From the IMG/VR virus record IMGVR_UViG_3300033066_001908: 19,870 nucleotides of DNA, one strand, 5' to 3'. Below are positions 7,560-15,328 of the stretch, piece by piece (the first letter of the stretch is position 1; the number at the start of each line of letters is the position of its first letter). Both the position numbers and the translations under genes were made by a program. The notes beneath the pieces were generated by a model. The model was given only the letters and a program-made list of their open reading frames with translations. It had not been told where the DNA came from and ran no database searches. The stretch is from a virus (Duplodnaviria > Heunggongvirae > Uroviricota > Caudoviricetes).

Positions 7560-8443
7560 TATACCGCCGGAGGTTGAAGGACCAGATGAGGTGGAGCTGG
7601 GTTACGAAGCTGTTGTGCTCGGCGTCGAGCCAGCAATGCTTCCTGCAGAGCCTTCGAGTCACTGGTGTTTCGCGCATACTGGTAAGCCAGAATCCCGGTC
7701 GGGACACCGGTCACAGCTGCGATTGTTGCCAGGCTACCAGCACCGGCACCAGCGACGTTCTTGAGTGCGTTTCGAGCCCACGGGTACGTGACCAGGGCGT
7801 CCATGCCACCTTCAGCAGTCTTCCGGATGATCTCACGGGCTTCGTTCAGACAGGCCACCTTCGGGTGCAGGCCTTGGATCGCCTGTTCGTATTCTTGCTT
7901 GGCCGCGTTCAGGTCTTCATCAGCAATGCCAGCGCGATGCTTATCCGCCAGCCAGTCAACCAGCTTCCAGCCGCCAGCGCCCGCAGCCAAACCGCCGCCA
8001 ATCATCGCAGGCCCTTGCCACCACTTAGCGGCCGGGTTCGTGGTACCCAGCGGGTCGGCCATCTGCAGTGCTGGTTTGAGTGCGTTGTCATAAAGTCCAG
8101 TTGCCACGCGGCCCAGCGTGCTTTCAGCCATCTTGCTCGCGGCCAACATCTCCTGACGACGTTGTTCTTCCGGATCCATCGGGACTGGGACTTCAACCGG
8201 CAGGGCGGCGCCTGTCCTTGTTGTGGGTTGCGGCGGACCGCCAAGCAGCGACGGGACTTCCTTGCCTACGCGGGCCAAGGCGCCCAGTCCGAACATACCA
8301 ACGCCAGCACCCAAGACATTCTTGAGTGCCGCGATGTCCGCCAACTGCGACGGGTCATGTGCCCGCTTGCTGTAGGTGGAGAGCCGGTGGAGCGACAGGG
8401 CCTCGTAACTCGAAGGGCACTTTGCCTCTTGGGATTTCGCCAT
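7559..8443 (-). CDS. Ala/Gly-rich protein with three glycine-zipper-like hydrophobic segments (about 294 aa); possible virion internal/ejection protein
   Basis: Segments VLGAGVGMFGLGALA, AMIGGGLAAGAGGW and VAGAGAGSLATIAAVTGVPTGILAY. ATG 8443 has a GGAG SD, but the start is uncertain because it overlaps the upstream gene by 89 nt. Function is inference. Confidence 0.75.
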   Translation of the reverse strand: MAKSQEAKCPSSYEALSLHRLSTYSKRAHDPSQLADIAALKNVLGAGVGMFGLGALARVGKEVPSLLGGPPQPTTRTGAALPVEVPVPMDPEEQRRQEMLAASKMAESTLGRVATGLYDNALKPALQMADPLGTTNPAAKWWQGPAMIGGGLAAGAGGWKLVDWLADKHRAGIADEDLNAAKQEYEQAIQGLHPKVACLNEAREIIRKTAEGGMDALVTYPWARNALKNVAGAGAGSLATIAAVTGVPTGILAYQYARNTSDSKALQEALLARRRAQQLRNPAPPHLVLQPPAV

Positions 8444-8777
8444 AGATCTGACTCCACTCAACGTAAATTCGCATGCCGTTATGTTCAGGGACGTAGTTTC
8501 GAGCGATAAAGGAGATCAGGTACCAGCCATTCGCAGCACGGTCTTGGATTTCCTCATAAGCCTTTAACTGTTCTGGATCCCACAAGTCAAATTGTTTGCA
8601 ATGAAAATCTGCGATCTGTTCGATCGCATCAACCTCAGCAGCAGTCAGGGCAATCTGGTTTACGCCGCGGAGTGGGGGGAACTCACCGTTAGGAACCCAT
8701 TGAATTGGGCCGCCGTGTGCTGATGTTGGTCCGCCTCGCTCCTGGAAATACTTGAACAGAGACCCTGGCTGATTCAT
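8355..8777 (-). CDS. Hypothetical protein, about 140 aa (MNQPGSLFKYF...)
   Basis: ATG 8777 lies 1 nt after the stop of the upstream gene. The longer ORF call from 8987 overlaps that gene and is unlikely. Aromatic-rich, globular composition. Confidence 0.75.
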   Translation of the reverse strand: MNQPGSLFKYFQERGGPTSAHGGPIQWVPNGEFPPLRGVNQIALTAAEVDAIEQIADFHCKQFDLWDPEQLKAYEEIQDRAANGWYLISFIARNYVPEHNGMRIYVEWSQIYGEIPRGKVPFELRGPVAPPALHLQQAGT

Positions 8778-8778
8778 C

Positions 8779-9189
8779 TCAAATTCCGTATCGAGACCTC
8801 GTCGGCGTTGGGGCTTGCAGCCGAGCCTCACCGAGTTGGTGCAGTTCCGCGGCCTGTTGACGCAAAGCTGCTGCAAGCTCTGCTTTCTGAACATCTGCCA
8901 AGAATGGCGGACGTTTGATCTTACCGGGATCCTCAGGTGCCGACAATGTACCGAGTCCAGCGCCGATTCCAGCGCCAAGACCAGCACCAGCTAAGGCGGC
9001 AACGCCACCGGCATGGATGGCACCATTCAATGGTTGGCCGAGCCCGCTGAAGAAATCCGCAATCGCACCGGCGGATTTTGCAAATACACCGGCCGCCTCA
9101 AGACGTTCGTCCAGGGCGGCACCGTGTAGACCTTCTTCGGAGCAACGAGCCAGAAATCCAACTCGAAACGCTTGTTCTTTCGTGAGCAT
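8779..9189 (-). CDS. Hypothetical protein, 136 aa, with one glycine-zipper segment
   Basis: AGGTGG SD before ATG 9189; N-terminal helix EQAFRVGFLARCSEEGL; hydrophobic AGGVAALAGAGLGAGIGAGLG. Confidence 0.8.
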   Translation of the reverse strand: MLTKEQAFRVGFLARCSEEGLHGAALDERLEAAGVFAKSAGAIADFFSGLGQPLNGAIHAGGVAALAGAGLGAGIGAGLGTLSAPEDPGKIKRPPFLADVQKAELAAALRQQAAELHQLGEARLQAPTPTRSRYGI

Positions 9190-9196
9190 TGTCCAC

Positions 9197-9619
9197 CTAG
9201 TTTGGTAGGATGGCCCCTGGCACCAAATGCGTCTGTTTCACAGTCGCAACGTGCTCACGATAATAGCGTTGGACATTCTGGTCCGTAAGATCACCTTGAT
9301 GCACGGCCTGACGTCCGACTTCGAACATCGCCTCCACAAGGCCTTTGATCGCACGACAGTATTGCGTCTTCCAGGCAATTTCTGACGGACTACCAACGTG
9401 CTTTGATCGCTCGATGTGATCCAGCAGCTTCATGTTACCGATGGTGCGATCGCGCCAACCCGGCAACATGATTGGTTTTGGATCCGATGTCTCGCCGGGC
9501 TTCGGTTCGGAGTCGATGACGTAAACACCGCCACCCTCAGCCCAGAACGTCAGAGATCCGTATTCATAACGATTGCCCACCTTCTTCGGTGGCTCTGGCC
9601 AGAAGTTCTTCTTCGGCAT
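9197..9619 (-). CDS. Hypothetical protein, 140 aa
   Basis: Fits between neighbours with 7- and 10-nt gaps; normal protein composition; no recognised family. Confidence 0.78.
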   Translation of the reverse strand: MPKKNFWPEPPKKVGNRYEYGSLTFWAEGGGVYVIDSEPKPGETSDPKPIMLPGWRDRTIGNMKLLDHIERSKHVGSPSEIAWKTQYCRAIKGLVEAMFEVGRQAVHQGDLTDQNVQRYYREHVATVKQTHLVPGAILPN

Positions 9620-9629
9620 GTTCAGCTTT

Positions 9630-10100
9630 CTACTTGGAGTCGTGCATGGCGCGAAAGGCCTGCAGACGTTTTGGTTCGTCCACCATGTGCCAGAACAGGT
9701 ACGAGACCAGGTTCCAGATCAGGGACGCCAGGATCCACCCAAGAATGAGACCAAGACCAACCACCGGTTTACCATCGACCATTGGCGGTTGCGCGAAGTC
9801 TTTCGATTCATCTTCAGGAGGTGGGCCGTCTCCGACAGGCTCTGGGCCGACCATCTTGGCTGCAGCACCAACCGCCCCCTCACCAGACTCGGCGAGCAAC
9901 TTCACGTACGCAGCACAGGCTTTCTGTTGCTCGTCACGTTGAAAAGGGTTGAGCTGTCCGGCCCGGGCAGCCATCCAGTCATAAGCAGCCTCGCCTGCCG
10001 CAGTGGCAAACAGGGCTTTCTGGCCGGTGTATCCCTTCGCGGCAACAGCCCAGGGAACAACATCAGCCTTAGCGAGAGAAGCGGGGGCATCCTGAACCAT
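9630..10100 (-). CDS. Hypothetical membrane protein, 156 aa, C-terminal transmembrane helix
   Basis: Hydrophobic VVGLGLILGWILASLIWNLVSYLFW near the C-terminus; AGGT SD; 6-nt gap to the upstream stop. Confidence 0.75.
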   Translation of the reverse strand: MVQDAPASLAKADVVPWAVAAKGYTGQKALFATAAGEAAYDWMAARAGQLNPFQRDEQQKACAAYVKLLAESGEGAVGAAAKMVGPEPVGDGPPPEDESKDFAQPPMVDGKPVVGLGLILGWILASLIWNLVSYLFWHMVDEPKRLQAFRAMHDSK

Positions 10101-10106
10101 GGGTAC

Positions 10107-10451
10107 CTACGACTCGATGTCGAATGTGGGATTCGGAAGACCTGGAAGATCAACCTCCAGGTAGTTTTCGTAGATGCGAACTCCGTCAAGGTCGCGAGCA
10201 AGTCGGATGATGTACTGAATGTCAACCTTGGGCTTGGGATCAATGAACGTGATCTGCATCACGTTACCCACAAGGCGAAGCTGAAGATTCAAAGTATTAT
10301 CACGCGACTCGATCGCTACACCTGACTGAACGTCAAGCCGACCACCCAACAAGGTCCGCAACTTCTCCAGCGTCGGCTTGAGTCCGGTTAATGCCGGCCC
10401 CTTAGTAAACGCTGCCGAAACTGCGGCTTCTGCTGTGATGTGTTCGGTCAT
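10107..10451 (-). CDS. Hypothetical protein, about 114 aa (MTEHITAE...)
   Basis: ATG 10451 with AGGA SD just downstream of the stop at 10466; beta-strand-like alternating pattern in the C-terminal half. Confidence 0.7.
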   Translation of the reverse strand: MTEHITAEAAVSAAFTKGPALTGLKPTLEKLRTLLGGRLDVQSGVAIESRDNTLNLQLRLVGNVMQITFIDPKPKVDIQYIIRLARDLDGVRIYENYLEVDLPGLPNPTFDIES

Positions 10452-10465
10452 GACATGTTTCCTGG

Positions 10466-11476
10466 TTATCGGTACTGCCAACGCCCCTGTTGCGCTGGAT
10501 AGTATTGGGGCCAATAATATGTTGGCTGCTGCACCGTCACGGTAACATTTTGAACTGGCTTAGTCAAAGGTTGCGCCTGCGCCGGCTTTGGATTCTTCTG
10601 TCGTTTCTGCGTAATGGCCTTGCCCCGAGGGGTCCGATAGGTCAATTGATCCGCATCGCCGAGCAGCAGATTCGCCAATTCATACGGGTCAGATGGGATG
10701 TCATCCTTTCCAACCAAGCGCTTTTCTTCTTTACCGTTATTCAAAATGATCAATGTTGGCAGGCTTTCGATCCTATAACCCTTCAACATACCGGTAAGGT
10801 GTTCATCGAAGTCCAGCACGGCAATCAAAGCCTGTGTGTCCCGCGTCGAACAATTCCAACCGCCAGCTTCCAAGATATGGGCTGCTGCCTTGACTGGCTC
10901 GCATGGCTTGCACCATGTGCCACCGACAATCAGCATCTGGCGAATCGGCGGGTTTACATCCTCGACAGCTGATGCTGGTTCTTCCGCGCAGGCCATAGCG
11001 ACAGCAGACAACGGGGCCACAGGCACCATCGCAATTTGGTTGCTGTGATGCCGGTTGTTGTGTCGGCCAACCGGACAATGATCGCATCGGCAGCCAGGAC
11101 CGCAGGTACACGGCTGCTGACAACGACAGTGCGGGCCGCAAACACCATTATTTGGCGACGGTCCGGGGCTCGGATCGGGATTCGGAGAAGGGTTGTCCGG
11201 TTTCTTACAGTGGCAGTATTTGCCGCATGGACAAGGGATATCGATGATCCCGTCGCCCGATTTCACCTTCTTCGTACCGTGACACTTCTCGCAATATTGA
11301 TGGGTTTCATCACCGTCTTGGTTGTCGTCAGGCTTGTCGGGTTGAGGCGTAACGTGTCCGCCAGGGGCCAGCATCCACATCAAAACAGTGACGCGCGCCT
11401 TCTCGAACTGCAGGTCATTCTGGTCGGCAGTTGGGCTGCCGATCAGAGACGCCAGGAGTAGAAGTGTGTAGGTCAT
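10466..11476 (-). CDS. Exported Cys-rich protein with a C-terminal thioredoxin-like domain (WCKPC), about 336 aa
   Basis: ATG 11476 lies 2 nt after the upstream stop. N-terminal hydrophobic leader MTYTLLLLASLIGSP. Clusters CEKCHG...CPCGKYCHC and CGPHCRCQQPCTCGPGCRCDHC. Thioredoxin fold motifs GGTWCKPC...YRIESLPTLIILNNGKEEKRLVG (cis-Pro motif). Confidence 0.85.
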   Translation of the reverse strand: MTYTLLLLASLIGSPTADQNDLQFEKARVTVLMWMLAPGGHVTPQPDKPDDNQDGDETHQYCEKCHGTKKVKSGDGIIDIPCPCGKYCHCKKPDNPSPNPDPSPGPSPNNGVCGPHCRCQQPCTCGPGCRCDHCPVGRHNNRHHSNQIAMVPVAPLSAVAMACAEEPASAVEDVNPPIRQMLIVGGTWCKPCEPVKAAAHILEAGGWNCSTRDTQALIAVLDFDEHLTGMLKGYRIESLPTLIILNNGKEEKRLVGKDDIPSDPYELANLLLGDADQLTYRTPRGKAITQKRQKNPKPAQAQPLTKPVQNVTVTVQQPTYYWPQYYPAQQGRWQYR

Positions 11477-11478
11477 GA

Positions 11479-12390
11479 TTAGAAAATGTCTCCGAGATTG
11501 AACTTCTTCACTGGGTATCCATCCAGGTCGCTGTAGGCCCACGAATCCTGCATGGAGAGCATGTTCCGTTCGATGACTTCAGCGTCGATCCAGAACGAGC
11601 CCAGTGGTTGATCGAACGTGGTCGGACCAGACACCCAGTCCGGACCCCAGCTATTTTGACACAGCGCACCAGGTCGACCTGACTCGTCGTCTGCGGCAAT
11701 GAACACCATCTGGTGTCCCCAGTTGCCGCTTGGACGCAGAAAGCCGGCCTTGTCTCGCACATTCGTGAAACCCTGGTTTGAGGCCACCGTGACCGGATAA
11801 CCGGCCGCGATGGCATCGCAGAGTTCCGAGAACGTCGTCACCAGCGAAATGGTTTTCACCAAGTGCTTACGTGATTCAGGTTCCAAGTCATCAGGGCAAC
11901 CCGCGTCTGGCGCACCCCACTGCTTGGCCCGGTTACCGTCGTACACGCTCAGGTCGATTTTGCCATACTTCTGGCGAACCAGAGTACCGCCACGCTTGAC
12001 CCACTCAGCAGCCCAAGCACCAACAGAGCCATCCCCGTTTCCGAGTTGGCCCTTGCCGATCTCAACACGGCTTCCAGCATAGATCGGTTCCGTGGCCGTT
12101 TCCGCGATATACTCGGACTTGTTCATCACAAATTCGAGTGCGCGCAGAATGTCCACAGCACCACCGGCGCCCATCGAAACGCAGTCGCCAATCGTCTGGA
12201 AGCGTGGCCGCCACTTGTCTTTACCACCGACCGCTTTGTACAGCGCCTGGTAAAGTAAAGTCCGTTTACCTTTACCGGCACCAACAGAGCCCGTGGCTTG
12301 GGATCCGGACACGAACTGAGGGAACTTCTGAGCAGAAGCAATCGCCTCAACTTCTTTTGGCTTATGGAGCCACCCACAAAGATGCAACAC
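11479..12390 (-). CDS. Papain-like cysteine peptidase (clan CA, C1-like), 303 aa
   Basis: Catalytic elements in papain order: FQTIGDCVSMG (oxyanion Gln, catalytic Cys), WGHQMVFIA (His), CQNSWG (Asn). GTG start overlaps the upstream TAG. Confidence 0.88.
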   Translation of the reverse strand: MLHLCGWLHKPKEVEAIASAQKFPQFVSGSQATGSVGAGKGKRTLLYQALYKAVGGKDKWRPRFQTIGDCVSMGAGGAVDILRALEFVMNKSEYIAETATEPIYAGSRVEIGKGQLGNGDGSVGAWAAEWVKRGGTLVRQKYGKIDLSVYDGNRAKQWGAPDAGCPDDLEPESRKHLVKTISLVTTFSELCDAIAAGYPVTVASNQGFTNVRDKAGFLRPSGNWGHQMVFIAADDESGRPGALCQNSWGPDWVSGPTTFDQPLGSFWIDAEVIERNMLSMQDSWAYSDLDGYPVKKFNLGDIF

Positions 12391-12911
12391 TATTTGGTTC
12401 TCCCGGCGGCGTCCTTGCAGCCGTCAGCCATCAAACGGTAATTGTCAAGCAGCTTCTGCTTAACAGACGAGTCGGACAGTGCTTTCGCGTCGTCAAAGCC
12501 CATCGCGGTCCAGATCCGGGAGATCTCGGCTTTGACTTTCAGATATTTACCTTGCGGCCATCCGACCCGCTGAAGCATGGGCTCCATGCTTTCCCCGAGC
12601 GTTGTGGTCGTGACATCCGTGTCATTGGGCAGACCCTGAGCGTAATCCGCGGTACCGGCGTAAATGCCATACAGCAGCACGCACAAGGAGTGCGGCACTG
12701 CGTCATCCGCCAAGGCCTTGGCCATACCGGCTTTAGCGTTGAACGGGTCAGTCGGCGCCGGGGTAGGATTGTCAGGCTTGTTGTCTGGTTTGTCGGGCTG
12801 AACCACTTTAGGTTCAGGGAACAACACACTGCAGCCGCTGATTGAAACCAACGTGCTGCAGCACAGGACAAGACTAAGCAGGGCTACCAGGAGCTTTGGC
12901 TTTGGGGTCAT
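12390..12911 (-). CDS. Predicted lipoprotein, about 173 aa
   Basis: ATG 12911 with GAGG SD; basic N-region MTPKPK, hydrophobic h-region, lipobox ISG-C, then a Pro/Asp/Lys linker (PDKPDNKPDNPTPAP) and a helical domain. Confidence 0.8.
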   Translation of the reverse strand: MTPKPKLLVALLSLVLCCSTLVSISGCSVLFPEPKVVQPDKPDNKPDNPTPAPTDPFNAKAGMAKALADDAVPHSLCVLLYGIYAGTADYAQGLPNDTDVTTTTLGESMEPMLQRVGWPQGKYLKVKAEISRIWTAMGFDDAKALSDSSVKQKLLDNYRLMADGCKDAAGRTK

Positions 12912-13512
12912 TTGGAACCTCGGGTGATGGCACAACATTGTGATGCTTAACGAAAAACAGGTCATTCAGTTCACGGAGTCCGTCGAGCATCTTGCCCTTG
13001 AGCGCAGGCCCGTCAATCGCGGAGGCCTGTTCAGCCAGATGGAACAACGAATCGATGTCCTGCTGGGCACTGGAATTGACCAGGAACTTGCCGAGCGCGT
13101 CCTTGGCGTCTTTTTCAATTACGCTAACGACTGCATCCACCTTCGTATCAACCTGGTCAACAACCTTGTCAGCCACTGGTTTCACGAGCGGCTGCAGAGC
13201 TGCTGGCAGCAGGTGTAACAGCTTTTCTTCAACGATTTTGGCCACAGCTTCAACACTGACGCCGATCCCTGGAGGCCCCGGAGGGCCAGGCACAGCCGGC
13301 AAGCGCGTAAGCGCAACATCACGGCTGTGATTAGCCATGTAAAAACAGAACCAGCCGGCCAGGCCAATGCCGAGCACAACACTGCAATTGAGTGGCTGTG
13401 CCAGCGTGTCTGCTTTGAAGTTGTGGTAGCCGCTCAACAGAGCAAGCCCAACCAAAGCAAGTCCCAAAGCGTACAGAACAAAGTGGGTCTTCTTAACAGG
13501 GGTCGCGTCCAT
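12874..13512 (-). CDS. Membrane protein with two N-terminal transmembrane helices, 212 aa
   Basis: FVLYALGLALVGLALLSGY and VVLGIGLAGWFCFYMA; GAGGT SD; soluble helical C-terminal region; overlaps the lipoprotein gene by 38 nt. Confidence 0.8.
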   Translation of the reverse strand: MDATPVKKTHFVLYALGLALVGLALLSGYHNFKADTLAQPLNCSVVLGIGLAGWFCFYMANHSRDVALTRLPAVPGPPGPPGIGVSVEAVAKIVEEKLLHLLPAALQPLVKPVADKVVDQVDTKVDAVVSVIEKDAKDALGKFLVNSSAQQDIDSLFHLAEQASAIDGPALKGKMLDGLRELNDLFFVKHHNVVPSPEVPNDPKAKAPGSPA

Positions 13513-13544
13513 GCTTACCTCGTCGTGGCTGAGAGTGCGGTGAA

Positions 13545-14603
13545 TCAGAAGAGCTTATTGGCAAGGCCACTCACTAGGCCAGCCCAGAGTCCCGTCTGTT
13601 GGGCGTATTGTTGTCCAGCAGGGCTGAGGCCTGCAAGACCACCTAGCAGCTTTCCGGCCATCAGGCCAGTTGCCGAACCCATGACGGCGCCCATACCACC
13701 GCTGACCGCAGCTTCTGTCGCAACGCGCGCAATATCCCATGGTGAAACATGGCTCTGTTGCCGTGCGGCGCCAGCGGCACTGACCAAACCACCAATCAAC
13801 GCAGCATCGCGAGGAGGGGTGAACATCTGGGCGCTATTGTCGCCCCAATTTGACTTTGAACCGTACGGATTTGGCATCGCGTTGGCCCAAATCGCTTGGT
13901 TGAAAGCATCTACGGGAATACTCGGCGTGAACATCGCACCCGTGCTATCCATCGCATCTTCAAAAGCGAAGTTTGCCCGCTTGGGAAGATCTGCCGTCCA
14001 GGGAAATGGAGATGTCAGATCATGCCCGGCCGAACTGGCCGCACTGGCTCGAATTAAACCTGGCACGGCACCAGCTGCAGCGCCCATCATGCCCAGAGTA
14101 TGTGCCCAGTGTGAGTTACCGATCAGCTCGTGTTCTTTATCCTGTGGGCCGCCTGGTGCATATTTCGGAAGCACAGTACGCAAGCTGGCGGGAATGACCG
14201 CATCAGCCACGCGACCAAGCCCATAACCGCCCAATCCGCCGATCGCGCTTCCGACCAGTGTGGTGGTTAAGGCGTTTGGCCCACCGATCGCCTTGTTGGC
14301 ATAGCTAAAAAAATCAGCGGCCGGCCGGGTGAGATCACTCACCCGGAACGAAGATTGTTTGACGAAGTACACATAGTCGTGTGTGGGCAGGTCCGCCGCC
14401 TGCTTGATGTTGTTCTTTACCAGGAATGCCGCATCGATACCTTGATACGGCGCCGGCGTGTTCATCCAGATGGTGCGGTTCCAAAGATCCACAGCAACAT
14501 CCGGGGCTTGCAGTTCCATTGCATGCTTGTGACCCCAGCTCACGATGTCCCGCGCGTGATCAGTCAGCTGGACAATGTCGTGGGAGAGGTCGCGCCAGTT
14601 CAT
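13545..14603 (-). CDS. Ala/Gly-rich, Cys-free protein with several glycine-zipper segments (about 352 aa); possible virion internal/ejection protein
   Basis: ATG 14603 gives an ATGA overlap with the upstream stop. Segments GSAIGGLGGYGLG, LGMMGAAAGAVPG, GGMGAVMGSATGLMAGKLLGGLAG and GLWAGLVSGLA. Function is inference. Confidence 0.8.
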   Translation of the reverse strand: MNWRDLSHDIVQLTDHARDIVSWGHKHAMELQAPDVAVDLWNRTIWMNTPAPYQGIDAAFLVKNNIKQAADLPTHDYVYFVKQSSFRVSDLTRPAADFFSYANKAIGGPNALTTTLVGSAIGGLGGYGLGRVADAVIPASLRTVLPKYAPGGPQDKEHELIGNSHWAHTLGMMGAAAGAVPGLIRASAASSAGHDLTSPFPWTADLPKRANFAFEDAMDSTGAMFTPSIPVDAFNQAIWANAMPNPYGSKSNWGDNSAQMFTPPRDAALIGGLVSAAGAARQQSHVSPWDIARVATEAAVSGGMGAVMGSATGLMAGKLLGGLAGLSPAGQQYAQQTGLWAGLVSGLANKLF

Positions 14604-15328
14604 GTGTTTCGCATCCCGAAGTACCGGCTCCACAACTGCTCGTATGGTGCCATGAGGCTAAACTTGGAAGCGGGAGTGGTATCACCACGTTCCCACGCGT
14701 TTCGCCACAATTTGTACCCATAGACGTTTTCTTGGTCTAGTTCGGGTGTTGGGTTGATCATCATGTGCGACATGTCCCGACCGAAAGGGCAACCCTGTGC
14801 GGCAGTTAGAATTGTGGCGTCTGGCCGCGTCGGCCAGTGATCGTGGATGACATCCATCAGGTCCGCAACCGGTTTGTCTGATTCCTCCAATTCATTTTCC
14901 GCAGAATCGACTGCCCGTTGCGCGATGGCGCTTCCTGCTGGAAGCCTAAGCAGATAAGGCGAAAGGCCGTGACGATCTGGATCGCGCACGGCCAGGAATG
15001 GACTTTTGGGTAACGGTTGAGTCAGCACGTAATCGTTGTCGACCCAAACACCGCCATGACGGAAAAGTGCTGCGCACATGAAGCGCAGTCGAAAATTCTG
15101 ATGTTTGGGATCTTTGTCACGCGTCAGCTCGTCTTCCGGGACGATCTCAGCGCCGTCCTTGTATTCCGCCGGTACAGGTAATACCCCCAACCAACGCTGA
15201 CTTCCGTAGACGTAGGCGTGATGTTCGTACCCAGCAGAGAGACACGACTCAATCGAGAGTCGTTCCATACGTGTGATTGGCTGAAGGTGCAGAGAAAAAG
15301 ACAACCCGATTGTCGGAGCGGCGAGCAT
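14600..15328 (-). CDS. Glycosyltransferase, DxD-type GT-A (GT32 / capsular-synthesis-like), 242 aa
   Basis: RLRFMCAALFRHGGVWVDND resembles the D-x-x-R...L-x-x-x-GG-I-Y-x-D-x-D signature of GT32-like enzymes. N-terminal RLSIESCLSAGYEHHAYVY and late YGYKLWRNAW segments fit that family. TAATG overlap upstream. Confidence 0.75.
   Translation of the reverse strand: MLAAPTIGLSFSLHLQPITRMERLSIESCLSAGYEHHAYVYGSQRWLGVLPVPAEYKDGAEIVPEDELTRDKDPKHQNFRLRFMCAALFRHGGVWVDNDYVLTQPLPKSPFLAVRDPDRHGLSPYLLRLPAGSAIAQRAVDSAENELEESDKPVADLMDVIHDHWPTRPDATILTAAQGCPFGRDMSHMMINPTPELDQENVYGYKLWRNAWERGDTTPASKFSLMAPYEQLWSRYFGMRNT

Noticed and set aside
7574-8509. 311-aa plus-strand ORF, and similar plus-strand ORFs at 12138-12845, 13327-14226, 15851-16345 and 16883-17584
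   Set aside because: Antisense shadows of better-supported minus-strand genes, with no motifs. The 15851-16345 ORF spans the repeat-containing intergenic gap and overlaps two genes.
8778-8987. N-terminal 70 codons of the 210-aa ORF call, and similar extensions at 10452-10514, 11477-11542, 12912-12965 and 14604-14633
   Set aside because: They overlap upstream genes. Internal ATGs with SD motifs or stop/start coupling give better starts and expose signal peptides at the N-terminus.
13249-13290. Collagen-like repeat (PGPPGPPG) in the 2-TM protein
   Set aside because: Only about three G-x-y triplets, too short for a triple helix; treated as a linker.
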